Shown one piece after another: positions 55,394-64,000 of a stretch of DNA of 64,000 nt. A model generated the notes under the pieces. It did no database searches. It saw only the letters and a program-made list of their open reading frames with translations, and was not told the origin of the DNA. The DNA lies in assembly GCA_052034355.1 (NCBI GenBank), contig JBPOIQ010000002.1, positions 1,555 through 65,554 on the forward strand. The letters run 5' to 3'. Position 1 is the stretch's first letter. Each line of letters opens with the position of its first letter. The stretch is from Minisyncoccota bacterium (GTDB taxonomy: Bacteria > Patescibacteriota > Patescibacteriia > SG8-24 > DYFX01). The position numbers and the translations under genes are program-made.

Positions 55394-56065
55394 TCATTTC
55401 CGCAAAGCGTTGGCTCTAGCCAACTCTTTGATCGGGATATGACCGAAGTCTGTAGTGAAGAGCGTGTAGGCTCCGATATCGTCGCCGAGGTGGTCACGGT
55501 AGATCTCTTCCATGATCGCCAGGCCGATTTCCGAGTCCGGGATGTTGACGATCCCGACGTACTCTTCCTCTTGTTCCGGCCTCTGAGGTGTTTCGGCGGC
55601 CGACGGCGTTGACGTGCGCGCCGACGGATGGATGAAGGCATTCGCTCTCGACGCTTGGGGTGCCGAGAGGTATCTGCCCGTCCGTACGCGGATGTGGCGA
55701 TAACTGCCGGAAGGGGACGGAGTCTCCTTTTTCGCGTCCGCCGTATCGACCCACCCATCATTCGGGTTGGGGCACCCGATGTGTAGGATGTCCCCGAAGC
55801 GGATATGCGGCTGCTGCTCTCGAGTCACGCCCCAGGCGTCGGGATGGGTGGCAATCAAGAACAGGACAAGATCGATCCCCGAGTCGTTGCAGGGGATGTT
55901 GAGCAGTATAGCCTCGCGGTTATCGGGCGCTAGACGCACGCGCAGCGAGGGAATGTCCGTCAATCTCGGCGGAGTCCGCGTCTTGCCAGACAAAGGGGCG
56001 GCTCCTTTCTTGCCGCCTTTGGTGCTGCCTAGAACAGGAATACTGCCTTTGCTGTTTCCAGCCAC
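55394..56065 (-). CDS. hypothetical protein (basic N-terminus; possible small hydrolase-like core around HIGCPNPNDGW)
   Basis: 223-aa ORF. L,D-transpeptidase or metallo-phosphoesterase affinity considered but not supportable. Confidence 0.4.
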   Translation of the reverse strand: MAGNSKGSIPVLGSTKGGKKGAAPLSGKTRTPPRLTDIPSLRVRLAPDNREAILLNIPCNDSGIDLVLFLIATHPDAWGVTREQQPHIRFGDILHIGCPNPNDGWVDTADAKKETPSPSGSYRHIRVRTGRYLSAPQASRANAFIHPSARTSTPSAAETPQRPEQEEEYVGIVNIPDSEIGLAIMEEIYRDHLGDDIGAYTLFTTDFGHIPIKELARANALRK

Positions 56066-56080
56066 GGGTTTTCTCTCCGT

Positions 56081-56593
56081 TTGGAAGGTTCAGTGACGCA
56101 CTGCTCGCAGTATAGGTATGCTATACTAAAGAAGTCAACGCCTATGCCGCCAGGAGCGCCTACGCCCGGTTTTGAAGAGGTTCCGGCGATTCCGGAGCAA
56201 CGCAACGAGGTTCCCGAAACCGGGGCCTCATTTGAGTCTTCTCAACCCGCTGTTGAACAACCTCCGGAAACCGTACCGGTCGTGCAAGATGTGCCGGTAT
56301 CGGCACCGGTTGCGCCGGCTCCGAAAGATCCATCCGTGCGCGCCGTCGAGCATATTCTTGAAGAAGACTTGGGCGACGCATTTCACAAGATGACGCCGGA
56401 GTTGCAAATCAAGTTCCGAAAAGAGGGCGAGCGCATCACGTCGATCATTGTGACGATGGTGCGCAATGCCAAAGTGAACGCGCGCGTCGTTTTGAAACTG
56501 ATCGCGACGTGGCTCAAGATGATTCCCGGCGTCAATCATTTTTTTCTGGCGCAAGAAGCCAAGATCAAGACCGATAAGATCTTGAAGCTATGA
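56081..56593 (+). CDS. hypothetical protein with Pro/Glu/Val-rich N-terminus; translationally coupled to the downstream ATPase
   Basis: Stop overlaps the start of the 56590 gene (ATGA). The likely start is the internal Met (MPPGAPTPGF...). Confidence 0.4.
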   Translation: MEGSVTHCSQYRYAILKKSTPMPPGAPTPGFEEVPAIPEQRNEVPETGASFESSQPAVEQPPETVPVVQDVPVSAPVAPAPKDPSVRAVEHILEEDLGDAFHKMTPELQIKFRKEGERITSIIVTMVRNAKVNARVVLKLIATWLKMIPGVNHFFLAQEAKIKTDKILKL

Positions 56594-59043
56594 ACCCGTT
56601 CCAGTTTCCCGATCTTTTCCCGTTCCTTCTGCCGGTCGTACCGTTCGTGATCGGCGTCTTCGCGTTCCTGATCGTGCTCAGAATCGTCCGTCGTGTGCTC
56701 ACGGCGCGGGCCGAAATCGCGCGCGGCTTCGACAACGTCGTCATGTTGGTCACGGTACCGAAAGAGTCCGGGGAAAAGGATGGTGGACAGCGCGACAAGT
56801 CGCTTCAGGAAATCCAGGCCGCGATCGCCGTGGCCGAAGGCGTTTTCAAGAGCGTCGGCGGATTGAAAGCCGAGCACGGATTCCGCGCCTGGCTCGCGGG
56901 ACGCGGCGACGTGATCGCTTTTGAAATCGTCGCGACTGGCGGCCTCGTTTCGTTTTACATTTCCGCACCGAGGCGCTTCCGGGAATTCGTCGAGCAGCAG
57001 GTGCACGCCCAGTATCCTCTCGCTCAAATCGAAGAAGTTTCCGATTACAACGTTTTTCAGCCGAAAGGCACGATCGCGAGTGCGCACCTCGTGTTTGGTC
57101 GCGAGAATTTCTTTCCGCTGCATACCTACAAGAAGCTTGAAACCGATCCGCTCAACGCGCTGACGAACGCTCTGGCGAAAGTCGAAGCGGGGGATGGCGC
57201 CGCGATCCAGATTTTGGTTCGTTCGGCGCCGAAGGTCTGGCGCGAAAAAGGCGTGAAGATCGCTTCGCTCATGCAGCAAGGGCGTTCGTACGATCAGGCG
57301 CGCAAGGGTTCGAGCCTCATTAAGCACGGAACCCAGGAAGAAAAGACGGGGGAGAAGGCCAAGGAATACCGTCTGTCGCCGCTTGAGGAGCAGATGGTGA
57401 AGTCTATCGAGGAGAAAGTCGGACAGCTCGGTCTCGACGCCAATATCAACCTAGTCGCTTCGTCTCCGACCCCCGGGCGTGCGGAACTTGTCTTGGGGAA
57501 CCTGATCGGTGCTTTCAATCAGTTTTCGAGCCCTCAGTACGGCAACGCATTTAAGCGCGTGAGCGAAGGGAAGAGCCGTATCGTCAGCGATTTTATCTTG
57601 CGCGTCTTTCATGATAAGCGCCGCATGGTGCTGACCCCGGACGAGCTCGCGAGCCTCTGGCATCTCCCGCTGACATCGACGGAAACGCCGAACATCCGCT
57701 GGCTCACCGCGCGCAAAGCGCCGCCGCCGTCGAACCTTCCGAAGGAAGGAACGCTTTTGGGTATCATCAAATACCGAGGACAAGAGCATCCGGTACGCAT
57801 CAAGGCGGCGGATCGTCGACGCCACATGTACATCATCGGTAAATCCGGCTCCGGTAAATCCGAGTTCATCAAGGCGATGGTGCGTCAGGATATCGAGGCG
57901 GGACGCGGCGTCTGCGTCATCGATCCACATGGCGACTTGGCGCAGGATTGCCTCGCGTTCGTGCCTAAACAGCGCGCGGACGACGTTATTTATTTCTCGC
58001 CGGCCGATTCCGAGCGGCCGATGGGTTTGAACCTGCTTGAGTACGACGAGCGCTATCCTGAGCAGAAGACGTTCGTGATCAACGAGATGCTCAAGATTTT
58101 TGACAAGCTCTACGACCTCAAGTCGACGGGCGGTCCGATGTTCGAGCAGTACATGAGAAACGCCATGATTCTCGTCATGGACGATCCGGCTTCCGGATCG
58201 ACGCTCATGGAAATTCCGAGAGTCCTGTCCGACGAGCGTTTCCGCGCGTACAAACTGTCGAAGTGCAAGACGCAGGTCGTGAAGGATTTCTGGCTGAAGG
58301 AAGCGTCGAAGGCCGGCGGCGAGGCCTCGCTCGCGAACATGGTGCCGTACATCACCTCGAAGCTCACGCCATTCATCACGAACGATATCGTCAGGCCGAT
58401 CATCGGTCAGCAGAAGAGCGCGATTAACGTGCGCGAGGCGATGGATCAGCAGAAGATCTTGTTACTCGATCTGTCGAAGGGTAAGCTTGGCGACCTGAAT
58501 GCCTACCTGATCGGCATGGTCTTGGTCGGAAAGATTCTTATGGCTGCGCTCTCGCGCACCGACCTTTCCGCCGAAGAGCGCAAGGACTTCTACCTCTACA
58601 TCGACGAGTTCCAGAACTTCATCACGGATTCGATCGCCACGATTCTTTCGGAAGCGCGCAAGTACGGACTCGATCTCACGATCGCGCACCAATACATCGG
58701 ACAAATCTCGCAAAAGGGGGATACGGCGATTCGCGATGCGGTCTTCGGCAACGTCGGTACGATGATCGCGTTCCGCGTCGGTCCGGAAGACGCAGACTTC
58801 CTCGGCAAAGAATTCGCGCCGGTCTTCACGCCGTTCGATCTCGTGAACGTCGAGGCATATACCGCGAATGCCAAGCTCTTGATCGACAATACGGCGTCTC
58901 GTCCGTTCAATATGGCGATGGCGCCCATTCGGAAGCCGGACACCCGCCTCACAGCGGCTATCAAGCAGCTCTCGCGTCTCAAATACGGACGCGACCGCGA
59001 GATCGTCGAAGCGGAAATTCGCGAACGCTTGAGATTTATTTAA
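56590..59043 (+). CDS. VirD4/TraD/TraG-like type IV coupling-protein-family ATPase (DUF87/HerA-like P-loop), membrane anchored
   Basis: N-terminal TM helices. Walker A YIIGKSGSGKSEF, CVIDPHGDL, Walker B-like LYIDEFQNF, TIAHQYIGQ. 817 aa. Confidence 0.6.
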   Translation: MNPFQFPDLFPFLLPVVPFVIGVFAFLIVLRIVRRVLTARAEIARGFDNVVMLVTVPKESGEKDGGQRDKSLQEIQAAIAVAEGVFKSVGGLKAEHGFRAWLAGRGDVIAFEIVATGGLVSFYISAPRRFREFVEQQVHAQYPLAQIEEVSDYNVFQPKGTIASAHLVFGRENFFPLHTYKKLETDPLNALTNALAKVEAGDGAAIQILVRSAPKVWREKGVKIASLMQQGRSYDQARKGSSLIKHGTQEEKTGEKAKEYRLSPLEEQMVKSIEEKVGQLGLDANINLVASSPTPGRAELVLGNLIGAFNQFSSPQYGNAFKRVSEGKSRIVSDFILRVFHDKRRMVLTPDELASLWHLPLTSTETPNIRWLTARKAPPPSNLPKEGTLLGIIKYRGQEHPVRIKAADRRRHMYIIGKSGSGKSEFIKAMVRQDIEAGRGVCVIDPHGDLAQDCLAFVPKQRADDVIYFSPADSERPMGLNLLEYDERYPEQKTFVINEMLKIFDKLYDLKSTGGPMFEQYMRNAMILVMDDPASGSTLMEIPRVLSDERFRAYKLSKCKTQVVKDFWLKEASKAGGEASLANMVPYITSKLTPFITNDIVRPIIGQQKSAINVREAMDQQKILLLDLSKGKLGDLNAYLIGMVLVGKILMAALSRTDLSAEERKDFYLYIDEFQNFITDSIATILSEARKYGLDLTIAHQYIGQISQKGDTAIRDAVFGNVGTMIAFRVGPEDADFLGKEFAPVFTPFDLVNVEAYTANAKLLIDNTASRPFNMAMAPIRKPDTRLTAAIKQLSRLKYGRDREIVEAEIRERLRFI

Positions 59044-59120
59044 CTATCCACATGCGCCTCGATAGCGCGGCGGCACGCCGTATGCTATAGAGAACGGGAA
59101 GAATCAAACAAAAGCTCACT

Positions 59121-59831
59121 ATGGAATGGCTTACCGAAGAAATTGATCACGAAGCACAATCGTCCGGTTCCGAAGCTGTGGCGACTAAAGACATGCCGGA
59201 TCGCTTGGATGCCCTTGTCGATGCGGTCGTTCGTGCGGACATGGCTCCGAGCAAGGCAGCGACGCTTCGTTCTATCCTCAAAAACGTACGCGACTCGATC
59301 GACAACGCCCTGAAACTTCTTGAAGAATCGGGGCCTGAAACGAGAAGGGTGCAGCCGGGACTCGTCCAGGAGACGCAAACTTGGAACGTGACCGCCATTC
59401 CGCTCGTGCCGCCTTCGCAGAACCCTGCCGACACTTTTTCATCCAGCGAACGCGTGGTGGAAGGCGTCTTTGACGGCCAAGAAATGGTCGGCGACGACGG
59501 CAAGGGCTACGCCGTACCTCCGAACTACGCTTCGAAATCGAAGCTGGTGGAAGGGGACATGTTGAAGCTCACGATCGGTGGCCGCGGGAACTTCATCTAC
59601 AAGCAGATCGGACCGATCGAGCGCCAGCGTTTGATCGGCACGCTCGCGTTCGATCAGGAGACGAGTCAGTATCTCGTCGTTGCGGGCGGACGCTCTTGGA
59701 AGGTGATCAAAGCGTCCGTAACGTACTATAAAGCCGAAGCCGGCGACGAAGCCGTTATTCTCGTTCCGAAGAACGCACCGTCCAAGTGGGCGGCCGTCGA
59801 AAACATCATCCGCAAGAAGCCGCAGCTCTAA
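59121..59831 (+). CDS. hypothetical protein
   Basis: 236-aa ORF with an acidic N-terminus and a beta-rich C-terminal half. No motif recognised. Confidence 0.4.
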   Translation: MEWLTEEIDHEAQSSGSEAVATKDMPDRLDALVDAVVRADMAPSKAATLRSILKNVRDSIDNALKLLEESGPETRRVQPGLVQETQTWNVTAIPLVPPSQNPADTFSSSERVVEGVFDGQEMVGDDGKGYAVPPNYASKSKLVEGDMLKLTIGGRGNFIYKQIGPIERQRLIGTLAFDQETSQYLVVAGGRSWKVIKASVTYYKAEAGDEAVILVPKNAPSKWAAVENIIRKKPQL

Positions 59832-59849
59832 GAAACTCATTGGCCTGTC

Positions 59850-61403
59850 ATGACCGTACTGTATAGAAAATACAGGCCCAAGACGTTCGCGGAAGTCGCG
59901 GGGCAGGAGCATGTCAAAGCGGCACTCGCGAACGAAGTTGCCACCGATCGCGTCGCGCACAGCTACCTGTTTTCCGGACCGCGCGGCGTGGGTAAAACGA
60001 GCCTTGCGCGTATTTTCGCCAAGGCCCTGAATTGCCGCGAGCGTTCCAAGGAAGGCGAGCCATGCGGCGCCTGTGAAGCGTGTCTTGAAATCGCCGAAGG
60101 GCGCGCGCTCGACGTTGTTGAAATCGATGCTGCCTCGCATACAGGTGTCGATAATGTCCGCGAGCAGGTCATTGAGAACGCGCGTTTCGCTCCGTCGAAG
60201 CTCGCCTACAAGGTCTTCATCATCGATGAAGTCCACATGCTTTCGACATCGGCGTTCAATGCGCTTCTCAAGACGTTGGAAGAGCCGCCAGCGCGCGTCG
60301 TCTTTATTTTGGCCACGACGGAACTCCACAAGCTTCCGGCCACGGTGATTTCGCGCTGCCAGCGTTTTGATTTCCGAAAGATCCCGGCAGCGGAACTTAC
60401 GGCGCGTCTCGAAGGCCTGGCAAAAAAGGAAGGGTTCTCCGTCGAGGAGAGCGTTCTTTCGGCCGTTGCACGCTTGAGCGAGGGGTGTTTGCGCGACGCT
60501 GAGAGCTTGCTCAGCCAAATCTTTTCCTTAGGCGAGAAAAAAATTACGGCCGAAACGGCGGCGCTTGTTTTGCCTATCGTTTCTTCCGAAGCTGTCGACG
60601 GACTCATGCAGGCGCTCGTCGCCCGCGATGCGGGCGCGACCTTGGCGGCCTGGGAAAAGCTGCTTGCCTCCGGCGCCGATCCCGTCCGCATTGTCGCGGA
60701 ATTGATCGAGCGCGGCCGCGAGACCGCACTGGCTTCCATGAAAGACGCCGGGAACGGCTTGGCGCACGCGTCGGCCCTGCTTGAACGCCTCGTGCGCGCG
60801 CATGCCGAGATGAAACGATTGGATCCTCCGGAATTGGGTTTTGAATTGCTGCTCGCGGAGTGGTGCGCTGAACCGGCACGCGCAGCGGAACCGCCGAGAC
60901 GTGACCCTCCGCCACCCGCACCACCCGCCTCGAATCCTCCAAAAGCTGAAGCGCCGAAGCCCGCCGCAGCCGAACCGTCCGCGCCCGAGCCGCTCAATAC
61001 CGAACGCGCTGAAACACTTCCTTCTGGAGACGGTGTCGCAATCAGTCAGGTGAAAGAAAAGTGGACGGAGATCCTGGTTGCCGCCCAGAAGCGGAACCAT
61101 GGGCTTCCGTATATGCTCGGCGCGGCCGAGCTTTTGGATTGCGAAGGCGGTCTTCTGACGATCGGATTTCAATATGCCATGTATCGCGACCGTTTGAACG
61201 ACAAGCGTCATCGCGATTCTTTTGAAGCGGCGCTCGGCGAAGTGCTTGGCGCGTCCGTGCGCGTCAAAGCGATTCTCGTCGCGCAGCGCACGGACGGTCT
61301 AGTCGAACCTTCGCCGCACATTCAGGTTGAAGCCTCGGCGAATCTTCCGGAAGGATTCGCGGATTTGGTCAAAGAATTCGGAGGTACTGTCGCTGCCGGA
61401 TAA
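59850..61403 (+). CDS. dnaX: DNA polymerase III subunit gamma/tau
   Basis: YRPKTFAEVAGQEHV, Walker A GPRGVGKTS, zinc module CGACEAC, FIIDEVHML Walker B, SRC motif (VISRCQRF). Confidence 0.85.
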   Translation: MTVLYRKYRPKTFAEVAGQEHVKAALANEVATDRVAHSYLFSGPRGVGKTSLARIFAKALNCRERSKEGEPCGACEACLEIAEGRALDVVEIDAASHTGVDNVREQVIENARFAPSKLAYKVFIIDEVHMLSTSAFNALLKTLEEPPARVVFILATTELHKLPATVISRCQRFDFRKIPAAELTARLEGLAKKEGFSVEESVLSAVARLSEGCLRDAESLLSQIFSLGEKKITAETAALVLPIVSSEAVDGLMQALVARDAGATLAAWEKLLASGADPVRIVAELIERGRETALASMKDAGNGLAHASALLERLVRAHAEMKRLDPPELGFELLLAEWCAEPARAAEPPRRDPPPPAPPASNPPKAEAPKPAAAEPSAPEPLNTERAETLPSGDGVAISQVKEKWTEILVAAQKRNHGLPYMLGAAELLDCEGGLLTIGFQYAMYRDRLNDKRHRDSFEAALGEVLGASVRVKAILVAQRTDGLVEPSPHIQVEASANLPEGFADLVKEFGGTVAAG

Positions 61404-61445
61404 ACGCAATACGAAAATCCCTCTCCGTACGGAGAGGGATTTTTC

Positions 61446-62921
61446 TTATTCGGCGTAGTAGAACTTCTTCGGAGGCATGCGGCGCTTGCCACCCTTCTTA
61501 CCGCCGAAGCTGCTGGAACGGCTCTGGGAACCGCCTTGGCTCTGTCCTTGATAGGACGGCGAGCTCGAGGCTTGGCTGTGTCCGCTGGAATGGCTCGGAG
61601 AGCTTCCTTGGCGCGGTGCGTAGCCGCTGTGACCGCCAGAGCGGCCTTGGTAGCCGCCACGGCTTCCGCCTTGGCTGCTCGTGGAGTGCGGTCGGCTGTG
61701 GTAGCCGCCGCGCCCGCCTTGCGGGCGAGGCTGCCAGACACCGAGGTCGGGGCGCTCAGCTTCGTGGTGCATGGGGCGCTCCGGGGGCAGTTCCTTCGGC
61801 AGAGGCGTAATCGGCAGCATCTTGCGCGTCAGGCGCTCGATATCGCGAACCTCGCTGCCCTGGTCGGGCTGGGCGAAGGTGATGGCCTTGCCGAGGCGTC
61901 CTGCGCGGCCGGTGCGGCCGATGCGGTGAACGTAGTCGTCCGGATTTTCCGGAACGTCGAAGTTGATGACGAGTTCGATGCCCGTCACGTCGATGCCGCG
62001 AGCGGCAATATCGGTGGCGACGAGGACGCGATGCTTGCCGGTCTTGAAGCCTTCAAGAGCGGCTTTGCGCTGGTTCAAGCTGCGGTTGGAGTGGATCTCG
62101 TCGGCGCCATGACCCATGCCGCGAACGGCGCGAGCAACTTTCTTGGCGGAGAACTTCGTGCGCGTGAACACCAGGACGGAACCTTTGTGCTCGTCGAGCA
62201 CCTTGTCGAGCAAGCGGAGTTTCTGATCCTTGCGCACGACGTACATTTCTTGCGCCACCGTTTCGGCGAGCGAACCCTGGCGGGCGATCTCGACGCGGAC
62301 GGGCGTCTTCATGTGGTTTGCGGCGATCGAGACGATATCTTCCGGCATGGTGGCGGAGAAGAGCATCGTTTGGCGCTCCTTCGGCACGGTGCGAAGAATG
62401 CGGTTGATCTGCGGCAGGAATCCCATGTCGAGCATGCGGTCGGCTTCGTCGAGGACGAGGATCTTGATATCCGAGAGATCGACGGTTTTCTGTTGCAAGT
62501 GATCGATCAAGCGACCCGGGGTCGCCACGATGACGTGGGGGTTGCGGCGTAGCGTGTCGATCTGCTGGCGCATGGAAGCGCCGCCGATCAAAACCGCGGT
62601 GCGGATGCCCATGTCTTTTCCGAGCTTGTGCAGCGTTTCATCGACTTGGAGCGCGAGCTCGCGGGTCGGCAAAAGCGCCAAACCGCGTCCTTTGTGGATC
62701 GCGAGGCGTTGAAGCATCGGAACGCCGAAGGCCAGCGTTTTGCCGGTACCGGTTTGGGCGATACCGATCATGTCCTTGCCCTCAATGGAGACGGGGATGG
62801 ACTTGTGTTGGATCGGGGTCGGCACGGTGTAATTGTGCTTGCCCAGGATTTCCAACAATTTAGGGGCGATGCCAAGGCCATGGAAGGCCAGGCCGTCGCC
62901 GGACGGGAGCGGTTGCGACAT
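61446..62921 (-). CDS. DEAD-box ATP-dependent RNA helicase with Gly/Ser/Arg-rich C-terminal tail
   Basis: Q-motif/PTPIQ, AQTGTGKT (motif I), DEAD (VLDEADRM), SAT, HRIGRTGR (motif VI). The tail is GGRGGYHSRP...GGSRGGYQGRSGG. Confidence 0.85.
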   Translation of the reverse strand: MSQPLPSGDGLAFHGLGIAPKLLEILGKHNYTVPTPIQHKSIPVSIEGKDMIGIAQTGTGKTLAFGVPMLQRLAIHKGRGLALLPTRELALQVDETLHKLGKDMGIRTAVLIGGASMRQQIDTLRRNPHVIVATPGRLIDHLQQKTVDLSDIKILVLDEADRMLDMGFLPQINRILRTVPKERQTMLFSATMPEDIVSIAANHMKTPVRVEIARQGSLAETVAQEMYVVRKDQKLRLLDKVLDEHKGSVLVFTRTKFSAKKVARAVRGMGHGADEIHSNRSLNQRKAALEGFKTGKHRVLVATDIAARGIDVTGIELVINFDVPENPDDYVHRIGRTGRAGRLGKAITFAQPDQGSEVRDIERLTRKMLPITPLPKELPPERPMHHEAERPDLGVWQPRPQGGRGGYHSRPHSTSSQGGSRGGYQGRSGGHSGYAPRQGSSPSHSSGHSQASSSPSYQGQSQGGSQSRSSSFGGKKGGKRRMPPKKFYYAE

Positions 62922-63059
62922 GTAGAGAGATAGTGTCAGTGACCCGAGGCCCCTAGGTCACGACAACTGCCGCTACGGGATCGAGTCCAGCCCTGTTAAC
63001 AGGGCTCCTGATTAAGGTTGTACGATAGCACGTCCCGGCAAAAACGTCAATGTTTGAGC

Positions 63060-63833
63060 TTATTCGCCGAACAAGCCGAGGGCGTTTCCATGAAAAACCT
63101 TGGCAGCGTTTCGTCCTGCCAGTTTCTTCACGACGCTAACATAGGAACGCATGTCGCTGATCGGCCAATCGCTGCCGTAGAGGATTTTTCCGGAAGACTC
63201 AGTAATCAAGTCGAACTTACGCCAAAGCTCTGCAAAGTGAGCGCGCTGGGTCTGGTTGAATGACCCATAGACGAAACCTGAGCAGTCAGCAAAGACGTTT
63301 TTGTTCTTGTAGCAGACCTGTGCAGCGTCGATAACCCAAGGGCTTCCGAGGTGAGCGATGACGATCTTCAAATTCGGCATTTCCGAAGCAAGATCGTCGA
63401 TATGAAGCGGGTGGGCGAATTTCAGTTTTGCACCGCCAATCGCGTCATAGGTATCTCCCATATGGAAAATTGCCGGCCGGCCATGCTTCTCAAGCAGTTT
63501 CATGTATGGTCGTAGGCGGCGGTCGTTCGGATAGAAGTGTTCGTAACCGGTATAAAATTTAATGCCGCGGATATCGCCTTTGGCGAGCCATCGCTCAACT
63601 CTGGGAAGCGATGGTTGAAATGCCTTGAGGGTGGGGGAGACCGTGCCGATGCCGAAGAGCGCTTTTGGATGCGGCGCGATCTCTTGAAGAAGGTGCTCGG
63701 TCGTAAGGCCGTTAATCGTAGCAGCAAAGACGGCTGCGCGGTCAACGCGCGCACGCCGCATTTCTGCAAGCAGCGACGAAACGGTTTTTTGGCCGCTGCG
63801 GAGGCCGATGTGTGCGTGCGCGTCGATAATCAT
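63060..63833 (-). CDS. amidohydrolase-2 family metal-dependent hydrolase (TIM barrel)
   Basis: MIIDAHAHIG start motif (HxH), a conserved His region (IAHLG) and Asp (DWP) near the C-terminus. Confidence 0.6.
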   Translation of the reverse strand: MIIDAHAHIGLRSGQKTVSSLLAEMRRARVDRAAVFAATINGLTTEHLLQEIAPHPKALFGIGTVSPTLKAFQPSLPRVERWLAKGDIRGIKFYTGYEHFYPNDRRLRPYMKLLEKHGRPAIFHMGDTYDAIGGAKLKFAHPLHIDDLASEMPNLKIVIAHLGSPWVIDAAQVCYKNKNVFADCSGFVYGSFNQTQRAHFAELWRKFDLITESSGKILYGSDWPISDMRSYVSVVKKLAGRNAAKVFHGNALGLFGE

Positions 63834-63867
63834 GTTAGAATTGTATCAGCATTGTAAAAAAAAATCC

Positions 63868-64000
63868 ATGCAAGAAATTCAACCTCCGCATGCAATTCCG
63901 AACGAAGGGCACAAGTTGTTCTTGGCCGGCAGTATCGAAATGAATAGCGCCGAAGAATGGCAGAAAAACGTGTTGGATCGCCTGGCGGAAACGGACTGGA
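63868..64000 (+). CDS. 5' fragment of a gene (possibly nucleoside 2-deoxyribosyltransferase-like Rossmann protein); continues beyond window
   Basis: ATG 63868, MQEIQPPHAIPNEGHKLFLAGSIEMNSAEEW... runs open to the window end. Not in the ORF track because it is truncated. Confidence 0.3.
   Translation, partial: MQEIQPPHAIPNEGHKLFLAGSIEMNSAEEWQKNVLDRLAETDW

Overview
This 64 kb window reads as a high-GC (roughly 60% by eye) chromosomal segment from a compact bacterial genome. Both strands are densely coding and gaps between genes are short. Many adjacent genes share ATGA-type start/stop overlaps. The ORF track uses ATG, GTG and TTG starts, and I chose ATG starts where homology supported them. Coordinates I derived by hand may be off by 1-2 nt.

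Housekeeping backbone I can support: the 3' end of glyQS, an M16 peptidase, tpiA, a tRNA-Thr(GGT)/tRNA-Tyr/tRNA-Thr(TGT) cluster followed by rpmG, ung, a class A PBP, a class B PBP plus murF plus a Hanks-type Ser/Thr kinase, rarA, a PAS histidine kinase with a CheY-like response regulator, dus, yidC, an SPFH protein, a P-type ATPase, cysS, dnaX and a DEAD-box helicase. There is also a complete hrcA-grpE-hsp20-dnaK-dnaJ heat-shock locus with a textbook CIRCE operator over its promoter. Further tRNAs are Pro(CGG), Glu(CTC, minus strand) and an imperfect Trp(CCA, minus strand).

Unusual or accessory content, most interesting first:
- A low-GC island (31.3-34.3 kb) encodes a 944-aa protein with six novel ~28-aa tandem repeats and a possible GNAT-like C-terminus.
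- A two-component system sits directly upstream of a catalytically degenerate GspE/PilB-like ATPase (Walker A Lys replaced by Arg) and a DEDDy 3'-5' exonuclease.
- The class A PBP carries a ~270-aa polytopic N-terminal membrane domain.
- A 1175-aa secreted protein is built from phage-tail-fibre-type repeats.
- A VirD4/TraD-like coupling ATPase has no other T4SS genes nearby.
- A 430-nt structured intergenic region with a minus-strand terminator and an SRP-domain-IV-like motif may be an ncRNA.
- Small palindromic repeats and two low-GC ORFs lie inside the heat-shock operon.
- A low-GC GIY-YIG cassette interrupts a tRNA/rpmG neighbourhood.

I found no CRISPR array, integrase, transposase or recognisable prophage block. 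I cannot name one definitive novel system, so the findings are ranked candidates. Most long ORFs antisense to real genes are GC-driven artefacts and are listed as rejected. The lineage cannot be assigned from sequence alone. The TSP3-type repeats, a DUF3592-like (domain of unknown function) protein, giant surface proteins and compact layout are compatible with an uncultivated, reduced-genome bacterium.
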